From positions 1 to 64,000 of the IMG/VR virus record IMGVR_UViG_3300033143_002031: a stretch of DNA of 64,000 bases; one strand, written 5' to 3'. Within the stretch, counting starts at the first letter, position 1; each line of letters begins with the position of its first letter. A model generated the notes under the pieces. It was given only the letters and a program-made list of their open reading frames with translations. It was not told the origin of the DNA and ran no database searches. The position numbers and the translations under genes were made by a program. This document shows, one piece after another, positions 10,042 through 20,121 of the stretch. The stretch comes from a virus.

Positions 10042-11157
10042 ATGGCAATCCATGTTCGCAACGTCGTCTCGCTCGATAATACGGTCTCGACGGGCCAGTT
10101 CTGGTCGCGGGGCCTTATCCTCATGCGAGAACTATTTCTCGCCGGGAGATGGGTGCAGAGCGCGATCTCGAACGGCGCGACGTGGGATGCCAATATCGTG
10201 CTCAACAACGTGGACTGCGTGGTCAACCCTGCGTCTCCTGCTCGTATCACGTCGGTGGTCGGTGGATTCACGGGCTACGAGGACTATGGGATCACGCTCA
10301 TCGGTGGCGTGGCGGATGACGACAACAACCGAGGGGTCTACCGCATCGCTACCGTGATCGACGACAACACGATCGAGATCGAACCCCCGCCGCCGAACAA
10401 TTGGGTCGCTGACACAGGGATGACCTGTCGAGTTTTCAACTGGGGGCTCCTCTCCCCGCTCTCGAACGCAGAGTACGTCGTGATGGACCCCCCGACCGGG
10501 AACAACCAGGCCTACCTGTCGAAGGAGTCTGGGGACTACAACGGAAATTTCCACGCGCACCCTCGTGGCGACTACCCAGCCAACCCGACAGCCAACTTTC
10601 CATGTGACACCTCTTCTTCGGATCGAACCGCTAGGTGGAACGCCTATTTCGATGGGTCTACGGCGGCAATTTACTGGATCTCGGACGCCGGGCAGGTGTG
10701 GTGGTGTTTGATCTTTGGTGAGCTTGAGGACGCGGCTTCGGGAGACCTGTACCCGGGGTTTGTGTCGCTGGGGAACGGTGCAGAGTGTTTCGATTTGCCC
10801 GGTGGGGACATCAACACGCTCTACATGCTCTACGACAATGGTGGTGTTGGGCAGCAGATGGCGAAGGTGGCGAATGTCTGTCGAGGTGAGACTGTGGTAG
10901 CGAACCGCCAAAACTCGAAGGCGTTGTGCAGGGTCGTGAAAGAGAAGGTCCAGATCGTCAAGCCGTGGGTGTACGCGGTTGGGTCGAGCGGTGGGTTCCA
11001 CCGAGGGCGTCATCCGTTCCGAACGACGAACGAGTACTGGGAAAACTGGCGACCTGTGACCTCGGACGGGACGTGGAGGCACCTTGAAGACGGGGGTGTG
11101 TTCCCGATGAACGGTGTGAACGACCCGAGGCCGATTTCTGGCGTGGCTACGGTGTAG
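10042..11157 (+). CDS. cassette B gene 2 (fibre-associated)
   Basis: Paralog of 3817-5196; SD AGGAG. Confidence 0.7.
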   Translation: MAIHVRNVVSLDNTVSTGQFWSRGLILMRELFLAGRWVQSAISNGATWDANIVLNNVDCVVNPASPARITSVVGGFTGYEDYGITLIGGVADDDNNRGVYRIATVIDDNTIEIEPPPPNNWVADTGMTCRVFNWGLLSPLSNAEYVVMDPPTGNNQAYLSKESGDYNGNFHAHPRGDYPANPTANFPCDTSSSDRTARWNAYFDGSTAAIYWISDAGQVWWCLIFGELEDAASGDLYPGFVSLGNGAECFDLPGGDINTLYMLYDNGGVGQQMAKVANVCRGETVVANRQNSKALCRVVKEKVQIVKPWVYAVGSSGGFHRGRHPFRTTNEYWENWRPVTSDGTWRHLEDGGVFPMNGVNDPRPISGVATV

Positions 11158-11169
11158 GGAGGAGTCGAG

Positions 11170-13083
11170 ATGCTGCACTACATTCGAGACCTGCTCATCC
11201 CGAGGCGTCCAGCGGGGGATTACGCTGCGACGAACATGATCGCGAGCTACGTGCTCTTCCATTTCTTCCGTGTGATGGGCTGGGTGTGGCTCTGGGAGTG
11301 CGACACGCAGAACTCTCCTGCGAACCACTGCCCTGACGGAGACATGGAAACTTCCGGTGTTGCGGACTGGACCGTGATCGGAACAGCCACCCGTGTCAAG
11401 GACGCGGCGGTGAAGCACCAAGGGCTCTACTCCCTGAAGGTCACATCGGCTGCGCTCAACGATGGCATCCGCACGGCGATTCTCACGAGCACGGAGAACA
11501 CGACCGTCTACCGGGTCGCTCTGTGGGCCTCGAACAATTCAGGGGCCGCGTGGAACGTGGACGTGGACAATGGCTCAGGGGCCTTCGCGAACGTCGGTAC
11601 GATCCCGGACAATGGCGGCGTTTGGACGCTCTACCACTTCACTTTCACGACGAATGCCGGAGGCAACCGCTATGTCCGTGTCGTGGACAACAACACCACG
11701 ACGACCGATGTATACCTGGACGACATCAACGTCTTCCGAAGCTGGTTCGAGTACAACGGCGTAGACCAGAACGGATCGGATGGGGACGTTCAGAATGGGG
11801 ACGAGTTCTCGTCGGCTGCTTACACGTTCGTGGTCGGGGACGTCGGGAAGGTGGTCGTCTTCTACGATCCTACCAACCTTGGAAACTCCGGTGCCTACAC
11901 TGTCGATTCGATCAACGCAGGGAACGCGGTCCTGGCGCTGCGGATGGGGGGCTCTGAGACCCTGATCAACACGGCAGTCGGCACGCTCGTTTGGCGTTTG
12001 TTGGACCTCACGGCGGCCCCGATCAGTTCTTATGCAACAGGAGGGAGTGCCTCGGAATCGGGTGCGGGGTGGGGGCTGGAGAGCCCGCATGCGAGCGGGT
12101 GGAGGCTTTTCTTCCGGCATCGGGCTCTGGCAGGGAGCAACGCGAAATCGATCATGACGTGGAGTTCGCCTATCGACGCTGATTTCTCGGTCATGACTGG
12201 CGAGTTCATGAACTACGAGCCCTCTACGTTCCGTCCGCGTGGGGATTCTTATGATTGGGCTGGATACGCCTCTGTCGAGGGGTGGTTCTTGGTCGGTAAC
12301 GGGGGGAGCACCTCGGAGACGCACAAGCGGCTCTACGCCATGGTCTCTAGTGGTGGGGAGCTTGCCGCGATTGCCACGCGGACGGTCCCAACGCACACGT
12401 CCAACACACTTGGGATGTTTGGGTTGTCCGGTACAGATGCCAGGCACACGGCTCGTGAGTCGCACGTGCACCTGGCCAAACGAGACGGGGGGAATACCCC
12501 CTTGAACGAGATGATCTTCACCGTCTTCTCTTACGACGGTGCGTGCGGATCGGACGAGGCTACGATGCCTCCTGTCGCGCTTGGTATGTGGAACACGGAC
12601 GAGGTGTCGATCCGTGACTTGGACAACCAAGCCAACATCTATTCAGGGGAGGAGGTTCTCCAGAGGCCGATCGTCCTGCGCGATCACAGTGGGGACTACG
12701 GTTTCTACTCTGAGAAGGAGTTTGATATCGAGGACGCCCTGTGGATGTGCCGAACCAACTTGGGCGAGTTCGCCCCGTTCTCACCGATAGAGGGTGTAGG
12801 GGATTCGCTCGCGTTTGCTGCCGGGACGGTGACACTGACGGACGCGGCAGGGGACTTCACTGCGGGTATGGTGGGGAGGGAGATCACGATTGCCGGCTCT
12901 ACTACCCCTGCGAATGACGGGACGTTCGTTGTCACGGGCTACACGAGCCCGACTGTGATCGCCTATGCAAACGCCGCTGGTGTGACGGAGGCATTTCCGG
13001 GGACGTGGAGTGCGGCGCCAGGGTACTTCCACTTCCAGAACGGGGTGTGCTGGAAGTGGCCAGGGCTCACGGCGGTGGCGTAG
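11170..13083 (+). CDS. cassette B gene 3, fibre protein with carbohydrate-binding-like domain
   Basis: Paralog of 5200-7233; SD GGAGGAG. Confidence 0.7.
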   Translation: MLHYIRDLLIPRRPAGDYAATNMIASYVLFHFFRVMGWVWLWECDTQNSPANHCPDGDMETSGVADWTVIGTATRVKDAAVKHQGLYSLKVTSAALNDGIRTAILTSTENTTVYRVALWASNNSGAAWNVDVDNGSGAFANVGTIPDNGGVWTLYHFTFTTNAGGNRYVRVVDNNTTTTDVYLDDINVFRSWFEYNGVDQNGSDGDVQNGDEFSSAAYTFVVGDVGKVVVFYDPTNLGNSGAYTVDSINAGNAVLALRMGGSETLINTAVGTLVWRLLDLTAAPISSYATGGSASESGAGWGLESPHASGWRLFFRHRALAGSNAKSIMTWSSPIDADFSVMTGEFMNYEPSTFRPRGDSYDWAGYASVEGWFLVGNGGSTSETHKRLYAMVSSGGELAAIATRTVPTHTSNTLGMFGLSGTDARHTARESHVHLAKRDGGNTPLNEMIFTVFSYDGACGSDEATMPPVALGMWNTDEVSIRDLDNQANIYSGEEVLQRPIVLRDHSGDYGFYSEKEFDIEDALWMCRTNLGEFAPFSPIEGVGDSLAFAAGTVTLTDAAGDFTAGMVGREITIAGSTTPANDGTFVVTGYTSPTVIAYANAAGVTEAFPGTWSAAPGYFHFQNGVCWKWPGLTAVA

Positions 13084-13092
13084 GGAGGGGCT

Positions 13093-13434
13093 ATGGGCGT
13101 CTACCTCGTAGAGATGAGCGACCTCGCAGGTATTCCGGCAGCCCGGACCGTTGGGGACAGAATCGGGTTCGATGTCGTTTACGGGTCGCCGGGGACGAAG
13201 CAGGTGGACACGAAGTTTGGGCTTGAGGCCAGCTATGCGGACGCCTACGGAGGCGCCGGAGGGGGCTACAACGCGCAGACGCTCAACCGGGCGTGGCAGA
13301 CAACTGGCGCTCCTCACTGGGTGTACTGGCGCACGGACGACCCCGACCCGACTGGGGCGCACTTCCCGGGGCCAGGTGTGTTCGGAACCACAACGAACTA
13401 CGGCGTGGAGAGCATCGTCTACGTGTCGGTGTGA
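13093..13434 (+). CDS. small cassette B gene 4
   Basis: Paralog of 7243-7539. Confidence 0.65.
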   Translation: MGVYLVEMSDLAGIPAARTVGDRIGFDVVYGSPGTKQVDTKFGLEASYADAYGGAGGGYNAQTLNRAWQTTGAPHWVYWRTDDPDPTGAHFPGPGVFGTTTNYGVESIVYVSV

Positions 13435-13450
13435 GAGGTAGGGTGTAGCT

Positions 13451-16282
13451 TTGCCAGGATTCGGAAGCGGGGCGTTCGGCGGGGCAGCCTTCGGCCAGTA
13501 CAACTGGTCGCGGCGAGTGCTCTTCCAAGCGGCCCCTGAAATCTACCGCACGGCCGATCTGGAGCAGAGCGAATTCTTCCGCCGGTATGCCGAGGCGCAG
13601 GGAGTCTCATTCGACAACCTCCGCAACAAGATCGCTGCATTCGCCGACCTACGTGACCCGAGGGCCGTCCGCACCCGCTACGACGAAACCACCCTCCTTC
13701 GCCTTGGGCGTGTGGAGACGATCAAGGGGACGGTCGAGCAGCAAGGCGTCCTCGCTACAGTGATCGCGGGAAGCATCTTCACTACCCGACGCGGGCGCTT
13801 CACGTTCGCAGACGTCGGCAAAGAGATCACCGTCACAGGCTCCACGACCGGGACCAACAACCGCTCCGTGGTCGTGACCAACATCGTCAGCCCGAAGGAG
13901 GTTCTGACCAATCCGCCGCTCACAGTGGATGCTGGCCCCCTTCGATGGGAGCTACGAGAGGTCGAAGCCTCGACAGAGGTGGAGACGCGCGTCCAGGTGG
14001 TAGGTGGCGACGTCGAGTCCATCACTCCCGGCTGGCTCCTTTCGGACGGATTCGCGGACTTCACGGTCCTGAAGCGGGAACAGTTCAAGGCAGAAACGGA
14101 GGAGCGCAAACTTCTCACTCTGAGAGAGGGCTCGGACGGTGCGATCAGCGCGACCTTCCAGTTCTCCTCCCCTACTCTGGCCTTGACCTCGCGAGATGTG
14201 GGCCGACGCATCACCGTCGCAGGCTCGGTCTTCCCGGACACAAACGATGGGAAGTTCGAGATCGTGGACGTGCTCAGTGCGACGTTGTGCCTCCTCGACT
14301 CCACAGACATCGTGGCGGAGACCGCAGGAACGCTCGTGTGGGCACTCCTTCGGGACCCTGAGTTGATCCTCTCCGGGTCGGCCACGCTCAAAGGCGCGGT
14401 CGAGCAGGAGGACGAGGATGGGGATATCATCGCGATCGGCCCTCCTTCCGTCTTCGAGGCGATCTCCGCGACGTTCGCTTCTACGGACGAGGGTAAGCTC
14501 CTCACTCTGCACGAGCCCGGCGACCCTGTAGGGAACAACGGTACCTATGAGGTGCTGTCCGTCCTGTCGGCGAACCAGATCGAGGTAGACGCAACGCTGG
14601 CGATCCGGGTCGGTATGCGGTGGGAGCTACGAGCTTCGACTGACGTGGGCGACGAGACGCAGGTCGAGGTCCGCGCTTCGAGTTTGCTCCAGTACCTCGC
14701 GCAGGACTACGGGGTCGAGGTTGATCATCGTGAAGAGGAGGAGTGGCAGCGGCGGTGGGTCGAGTCCGTGTCTCGCTGGATAGGGATGAAGGGGCACGAG
14801 GACTGCTACAAGTACCTCGCCGAGTTGACCGGGTTCACGGCCGAGGTGCGCGGCCTCTATCGCGTGAGCCAGGAACTCTACGAGGCGGTGGCGGCGGCCG
14901 GCGCTGATACGTTTGACGTCGGCGAGGATGGGGAAGGGCGCTCTGGTCTCGACGGCAGCCTCGACAAGGTAGGGCTCCTCGTCCAGTTCTCATCCCCCAC
15001 GGCGGCGTTCGTGAACGGCGACGTCGGCCGGCACATCGACGTGGCGGGCTCAGGAGGTGGTGCGAACGACGGGCTCTACACCATCAACCGAGTCGTGGAC
15101 GAGTTCACGGTCGAGTTCCGCTCGATCGACGTGATGATTGGCGCAGCCGACCCGAACAACGGGTCGCTGGAGTGGCGCATCGTGCGCCTGTACGCCGACC
15201 AGGCCCCGCTCCTGCCTCACCACGACGAGATCATGATGGGTCTGATGGCCTATCTGAAGACGGTCGCGGTCTTCACTGTGGACAAGTACTGCTGGGAGCA
15301 AACTCCTTCCCCGTGGAGTACGCTCCTCGGGCCTGGAGACGTAGGCGACGGCCGTATCTGGATCACCACCGTGACCCCGGCAGGTCCGGCGGCCTTCCCG
15401 TCCATCTACACCGTTTCCGGACGTGGTGACTTCGAGGTCGCTACAGGGCTTGGAGGGGGCCGCTGGAGGCTCACGGACTCCGACCCTGCCGCGTACTTCC
15501 TGGAGACCGTTCCGACGCTCCACGAGCGGCACAGCGGCACGCAGGGGCTATTGCGGCACAACCTCCCGTTCATCGTCCGCCGGTTCGCGGACCCAGACGC
15601 CTCGTTTACGGCGGCGGAGGTGGGCCGGGTACTCGTAGTCGAAAACTCTGTCTACCCGGAAAACAACAAGGCGTACCTCATCGCGGCACTTGTCACTTCG
15701 ACATCGCTCGAAATGTCCGTAAGTAGCCCGGTCCGCAGCGATAGCAGCGGGACGCTTCGATGGCGCATCCTGCACCCGGACGCTACAGGGCTCACCGGGT
15801 CGCTGACGGCCCCGAGACGATTCAACTCCACAGTCCCGGTCTTCGCCCTATCGGACGAGGGCAAGCGGCTCATCGTTTCGGAGAGTGCGTCAGGGAACGA
15901 TCGGGAGTTCGTGATCGAGACCTTCATCGACGTGAACAATGTGGACCTGGCTCCCTACCAGACGCCCGCGACTCCGGACGTGAACAACGGCGCGCTCGTC
16001 TGGGCTATGTTCTCCTACGAGTTCGAGGTGGTGGCTACGGAACCCCCGAACATCGGAGCAGCGACCCTGGAGTACATCTGCCCGGAGCAGATGACGTGTA
16101 GCTACTGCCGATCGAACAAGGCGCTCGTAGAGGCCAGCACGCCCTACTTGCTGGAGAAGGGGCTCGATAGGCTCCGCGACAGGCTAGCGCAGGGGACGCC
16201 CAAGCACGTCGAGTTGATCGAAAACTACGGGTACGAGGTGAATGCGAGCCTCAACCTGACAGCCACAGTGGACTCCCCGTGA
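13451..16282 (+). CDS. baseplate wedge-like protein with multiple repeated beta-barrel inserts
   Basis: TTG start; sits directly upstream of the tail-collar gene; at least six copies of D(V/E)G(K/R)x(I/L)x(V)...N(N/D)GxFxI. Confidence 0.55.
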   Translation: MPGFGSGAFGGAAFGQYNWSRRVLFQAAPEIYRTADLEQSEFFRRYAEAQGVSFDNLRNKIAAFADLRDPRAVRTRYDETTLLRLGRVETIKGTVEQQGVLATVIAGSIFTTRRGRFTFADVGKEITVTGSTTGTNNRSVVVTNIVSPKEVLTNPPLTVDAGPLRWELREVEASTEVETRVQVVGGDVESITPGWLLSDGFADFTVLKREQFKAETEERKLLTLREGSDGAISATFQFSSPTLALTSRDVGRRITVAGSVFPDTNDGKFEIVDVLSATLCLLDSTDIVAETAGTLVWALLRDPELILSGSATLKGAVEQEDEDGDIIAIGPPSVFEAISATFASTDEGKLLTLHEPGDPVGNNGTYEVLSVLSANQIEVDATLAIRVGMRWELRASTDVGDETQVEVRASSLLQYLAQDYGVEVDHREEEEWQRRWVESVSRWIGMKGHEDCYKYLAELTGFTAEVRGLYRVSQELYEAVAAAGADTFDVGEDGEGRSGLDGSLDKVGLLVQFSSPTAAFVNGDVGRHIDVAGSGGGANDGLYTINRVVDEFTVEFRSIDVMIGAADPNNGSLEWRIVRLYADQAPLLPHHDEIMMGLMAYLKTVAVFTVDKYCWEQTPSPWSTLLGPGDVGDGRIWITTVTPAGPAAFPSIYTVSGRGDFEVATGLGGGRWRLTDSDPAAYFLETVPTLHERHSGTQGLLRHNLPFIVRRFADPDASFTAAEVGRVLVVENSVYPENNKAYLIAALVTSTSLEMSVSSPVRSDSSGTLRWRILHPDATGLTGSLTAPRRFNSTVPVFALSDEGKRLIVSESASGNDREFVIETFIDVNNVDLAPYQTPATPDVNNGALVWAMFSYEFEVVATEPPNIGAATLEYICPEQMTCSYCRSNKALVEASTPYLLEKGLDRLRDRLAQGTPKHVELIENYGYEVNASLNLTATVDSP

Positions 16283-16290
16283 GGTAGCAG

Positions 16291-16785
16291 ATGCCTGTGA
16301 ACATCGAAGCAGTCGTGACGGATATCGGGAGGCAGCGCCTCATGGAGGGCTTGGGGCAGACGACGGCCCTCGACTTCATCACGTCGTTCAAGGTCGGGGA
16401 GGGCGGCTGGGAAGACACCCCTGGGGGCCGCGTACCCAGGGACCCCACCGACGAGGGACCGAGCGCGAACAGAGGACCGACGCTGGGGGATCTCGATTGT
16501 CTCACCAACCCATCTGACTACCCGGTGGATTCCCGAGGGAACTTCTCCAAGGCGCTGGCGCTCGTCAACTTCGCGTTCACGGCCAACACGACGCTGGAGG
16601 CGACATGCTTTCTCAACTTCGGGGAGTTCAATGACGACGGGCACGGAAACTTCCCCGAGATGTACGAGATCGGTCTCTTCAATGTGTCGGCCGAGATGGT
16701 AGCCTACGGAACCTTCCCGCGAGTCGAGAAGAATCCTGGCGTCTCCCGGACCTTCACTGTAAAGATCAACGCGGACAGGAGCTAG
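16291..16785 (+). CDS. tail-collar fibre protein (P2 gpH N-terminal / DUF3751-like)
   Basis: VVTDIGRQRL..ITSFKVGEGG..EIGLFN..EMVAYGTFP..EK pattern typical of tail-collar proteins. Confidence 0.7.
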   Translation: MPVNIEAVVTDIGRQRLMEGLGQTTALDFITSFKVGEGGWEDTPGGRVPRDPTDEGPSANRGPTLGDLDCLTNPSDYPVDSRGNFSKALALVNFAFTANTTLEATCFLNFGEFNDDGHGNFPEMYEIGLFNVSAEMVAYGTFPRVEKNPGVSRTFTVKINADRS

Positions 16786-16786
16786 C

Positions 16787-18901
16787 ATGCCCACTTTCCT
16801 GGAACAGTTCGCTGACGCCGAGATCAAGGTCCGCTACAAGGAACCTCTCCTCACGGCCGGGCTCGACCAGATGCTCACCGGCATCACGCCACAGGGTGTC
16901 CATCGCGGCTTCAGGCTCGCCCCCAACATCGGGAACCTGAAGGTCACGGTGGAGGCGGACCCGGCGGACAACGACCACATCGCTGCGTATACGACGGACG
17001 ATGGCTACACGCTGCGGCTCCGGCGCACGGGCGGTGATTTCGATCTCGACCTGTCGCCCTTCATCAACAAAGAGGTCGTGATCGCAATCTTCGCGGAGTA
17101 CGGCACGGGCGTGACGACATTCGCGGAGATCCGGGCCTACGAGTACGACCCGGTGGACGAGTTCACGGGAGCGGCAGAGCGCGGTGAGTTGGTCGTCCTC
17201 GGCAAGGTCACGGTGCCGGCAGCCGGGGTCATCCCGGTGACCGACATCGATCCGACTTTCCGCACGCTCGCGTGGGACCACGTAGGCTCAGACGCCGCAC
17301 CGTGGGAGCAGGTGATCGAGAACGGGAGCTTCGAGCTTGCTGCTGATGCTGCCTCGTTTGTCGCTGCGGATCGCGGGTTCGTGCCGCATTGGGACACGCA
17401 GTACATTCTTCCGCAGCACTCGTGGGGGATCGACTCGGTGAACCCCCACACGGGCCGCTACTGCCTGAAGATGACGGGAACGGGAGTCGCCTCGCTCAGT
17501 GTCGTCCCGCCGGACAGGATCGTCGCGGTCCAGCCGGGGCAGTTGATCCGCGTCTCCTACTGGGTCAGAGGGGAGAACTGGCCTGTTATCGGTGCCGGCG
17601 GGACGATGGGCCTCCAGTTGAACTTCTTCGGCCCGAATCTGAGTTTGCTCTCGTTCCGGGTGGTGCAGGACAAGAGCCTCACCGGAACCTTCGGATGGAC
17701 CCAACTGGACGAGTACATCGAGGTGCCAGCCGGCGTGGCGTGGATGGTGCCGGCGATTACGATCCTCGACAGTCCGGTGGCAGGTGTCACGGCTGCGCTG
17801 GCCTTCGATGACATTCGCGTGTGGATGTCCAAGGGTCCGCCGACTATCCCCTACTCCTCGGTCCAGGATGGCCTGACGAACGGAGGCCACGTCGTCGGCC
17901 AACTCGGGATCGCAGAAACGAACGTCACGCAGTTCGGCATCACGCAGGACTTGGAGTCGTTCGTCAAGGGCATCCTAGCCCTGCACAAACTCGACAATGT
18001 GGCGGGGCCAGGAGTGAACCGCTACAAGTGGAGTCGGCTGGACGAGGAGCCATTCAATCTGCGGCTCGTGGAGGGTTCTGTCCATTCGACTGGGCTTGTC
18101 GGGACGACGGACGAGGCGGAGTACCCGCGCTTCGCGGCCGAGTCTCCTGACCCGCTTGTGGCTGCGTGGGCGAACATTCTGGAAGTGACTTCCGCGTTGT
18201 CGGGTAGCTCGGTACCCGCGGCTATGCGGCGTCTTGGCTGGCTCACATCGACCCACACGAAGCTGTACGAGCTTCTGAACGCTCGTAGGGATCTTACTCT
18301 CGGGCAGCACGTTCTGGACGATCCGGCGCAAGACGCGGCCGAGTTCACTGTGGCTGCCTCGAATGGGGGCGGAGCGGTTGTCGGGCTTTCCGGACATGCG
18401 GCGGCGGACGGGACACCCTTCCTGTTCATGCAGCCGCTCTGGGCTGTTTATGGGGACCCTACGGCGGCAGCGCCAAACTGCCATGAGGAGCTACGGGACG
18501 GCTACCTCAACTTCCCGCTCGTCACTGCGGCCCTGTCGAATAGGGTCGATCCTGGCATGGACAACATCCTGTGCAGCGCCAACATCGTGAAGGCGTGGGC
18601 TCATTTCCACTGCGGGGGAGGCGCGGCTGCGATCGATGAGGCATACGGGATTTCCAGCATCGTTTACGACGCCACGTCGCCAGTCTTGAACTTTCACCGG
18701 ACGATGGATTCGAGTGAGTATGTCGTCGTCATCAACTCGCTTGGAGATCCGCAGAGGACTGGACAGCCATTCAACTTGACGACAACTGGATTCAGCTTCA
18801 GGTCGCTGTATCACAGCGCGGTTGGGGCGCACTCGGTGGATGATTTCTCACTCGGTGGGGACATCTATTTCCTTGCTATCGTGATCGGCCGGCAGAGCTA
18901 G
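16787..18901 (+). CDS. tail fibre protein with CBM/galactose-binding-like domain
   Basis: IENGSFE..W..NPHTGRYCLKM..VQPGQLIRVSYWVRG; follows the collar gene. Confidence 0.65.
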   Translation: MPTFLEQFADAEIKVRYKEPLLTAGLDQMLTGITPQGVHRGFRLAPNIGNLKVTVEADPADNDHIAAYTTDDGYTLRLRRTGGDFDLDLSPFINKEVVIAIFAEYGTGVTTFAEIRAYEYDPVDEFTGAAERGELVVLGKVTVPAAGVIPVTDIDPTFRTLAWDHVGSDAAPWEQVIENGSFELAADAASFVAADRGFVPHWDTQYILPQHSWGIDSVNPHTGRYCLKMTGTGVASLSVVPPDRIVAVQPGQLIRVSYWVRGENWPVIGAGGTMGLQLNFFGPNLSLLSFRVVQDKSLTGTFGWTQLDEYIEVPAGVAWMVPAITILDSPVAGVTAALAFDDIRVWMSKGPPTIPYSSVQDGLTNGGHVVGQLGIAETNVTQFGITQDLESFVKGILALHKLDNVAGPGVNRYKWSRLDEEPFNLRLVEGSVHSTGLVGTTDEAEYPRFAAESPDPLVAAWANILEVTSALSGSSVPAAMRRLGWLTSTHTKLYELLNARRDLTLGQHVLDDPAQDAAEFTVAASNGGGAVVGLSGHAAADGTPFLFMQPLWAVYGDPTAAAPNCHEELRDGYLNFPLVTAALSNRVDPGMDNILCSANIVKAWAHFHCGGGAAAIDEAYGISSIVYDATSPVLNFHRTMDSSEYVVVINSLGDPQRTGQPFNLTTTGFSFRSLYHSAVGAHSVDDFSLGGDIYFLAIVIGRQS

Positions 18902-18910
18902 GAGAGCGCT

Positions 18911-19423
18911 ATGATCGAGATGGTGGAAGCACGTTCCCGGACCGAGGTGATGGACCTAGAGGTCGCGATCTCGGGTATGACGATCACTGTTGGGGGCGGC
19001 GGTGCCTCCGTGAACAAGGTGTCAGAGTCCATTGTAGCAACTGAGTTTGTGGCCGAGAGTGATGCGGCCGGTGTGCTCCGTGTTACCGGGTATCTGGTAC
19101 AGGGGGATGAGGACGGGAGTCTCACTATCCTCGTGGATGAGGTAGGGGCAGAGGATGAGCCCTACGTGTTCGTGCCTGGGGGTGAGTTCAAGCTCCTGGC
19201 TCGTGTGTTTTATGTTGCAGTGCCGATAGGAGCTACGAGCCTGGAGGACGAGACGATCACGGTGTGGCGGATCGTACAGGAGACGGACGAGGTGGCGATG
19301 ATCGCGAGGAGAGAGGCTTCGAGGATGGAGCCGGCTCCTGAGCAACCTGAATCTGATCCAGGGCCGACCGAGGAGCAGCTACAGCAAGGTCGGGATGCAC
19401 TGAAGCCGAACGGAGGCGAGTGA
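18911..19423 (+). CDS. hypothetical protein (possible fibre assembly factor)
   Basis: ATG with SD; position after fibre gene. Confidence 0.55.
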   Translation: MIEMVEARSRTEVMDLEVAISGMTITVGGGGASVNKVSESIVATEFVAESDAAGVLRVTGYLVQGDEDGSLTILVDEVGAEDEPYVFVPGGEFKLLARVFYVAVPIGATSLEDETITVWRIVQETDEVAMIARREASRMEPAPEQPESDPGPTEEQLQQGRDALKPNGGE

Positions 19424-19629
19424 TGGCTCGCGAGGCAATACGGGCGCGTGATCTTCCTGGTCGTGCCGAGGAGAAGGCGGAACGCCTGGCGCACGAGGCG
19501 CGTGGGAAAGCTCGGCAGGGGAGCGTAGAGGGCTCGACCTTCGAGTCCCTGAGCGCGAAGCAGAAGGATGTGCTCCTGAAGCAGCTTGCCATTCAGGCTG
19601 GTCTGATCGAGGATAGCGACGACGAGTAG
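19420..19629 (+). CDS. small hypothetical protein
   Basis: GTGA overlap with upstream stop. Confidence 0.55.
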   Translation: MMAREAIRARDLPGRAEEKAERLAHEARGKARQGSVEGSTFESLSAKQKDVLLKQLAIQAGLIEDSDDE

Positions 19630-19637
19630 GAGAGACC

Positions 19638-20045
19638 ATGAGTATACGACTGCGATACAAGATCGAGGCTTCGGTCTCATCCACGTCGGCCGAGGAGAGA
19701 GACCTCGGGAACGTCGCCTACGAGGTCGTGGACGACGATTCCGGAGAAGGCGGGACCAGGAAGACGCTCCTGGCGGCCGGAGCGACGGATGTCTCCGTGA
19801 TGCTGACCGAAATCTCAGCGGCCCGGTTCGTCCTCATCCGGACGAATGCCAAGGACCCGACCGATACGCTTGGGGCGATCACCGTCAAAAAGAACGCCAT
19901 CGGAGGCGAGCCCATCACGATCGAGCCTCTGCCGGACGCGACCGAGGCTCACCTGCTCATGGCCACCTCGGGCGTCACCGATCTGTTCGCCACGAACGGT
20001 GGGACGGTGGACACCGAGATTACCGTCATGGCAGTCGGCGACTAG
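19638..20045 (+). CDS. putative structural protein (beta-rich)
   Basis: SD AGGAGA; beta-strand-like composition. Confidence 0.6.
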   Translation: MSIRLRYKIEASVSSTSAEERDLGNVAYEVVDDDSGEGGTRKTLLAAGATDVSVMLTEISAARFVLIRTNAKDPTDTLGAITVKKNAIGGEPITIEPLPDATEAHLLMATSGVTDLFATNGGTVDTEITVMAVGD

Positions 20046-20052
20046 GGCTGGC

Positions 20053-20082
20053 TTGACGGGACGATCGAAGTTACACTAGGCT
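20053..20082 (+). promoter_or_regulatory. possible sigma70-like promoter
   Basis: TTGACG 20053-58, 18-nt spacer, TAGGCT 20077-82 in the intergenic gap. Confidence 0.4.
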
Positions 20083-20121
20083 CTGACAAGGAACGAGGCC
20101 AAGAGCCCAAGGGAGGTTCCA

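Noticed and set aside
2935-13434. Genome-wide stop-codon reassignment as the cause of the in-frame gene run
   Set aside because: Both TAG and TGA end genes that are followed by SD-led starts, long genes are intact in the standard code, and no suppressor tRNA is visible
2935-18901. Diversity-generating retroelement or invertase shufflon acting on the fibre genes
   Set aside because: No reverse transcriptase or recombinase gene, no adenine-specific template/variable repeat pair and no inverted crossover sites were seen; the paralogs are diverged throughout
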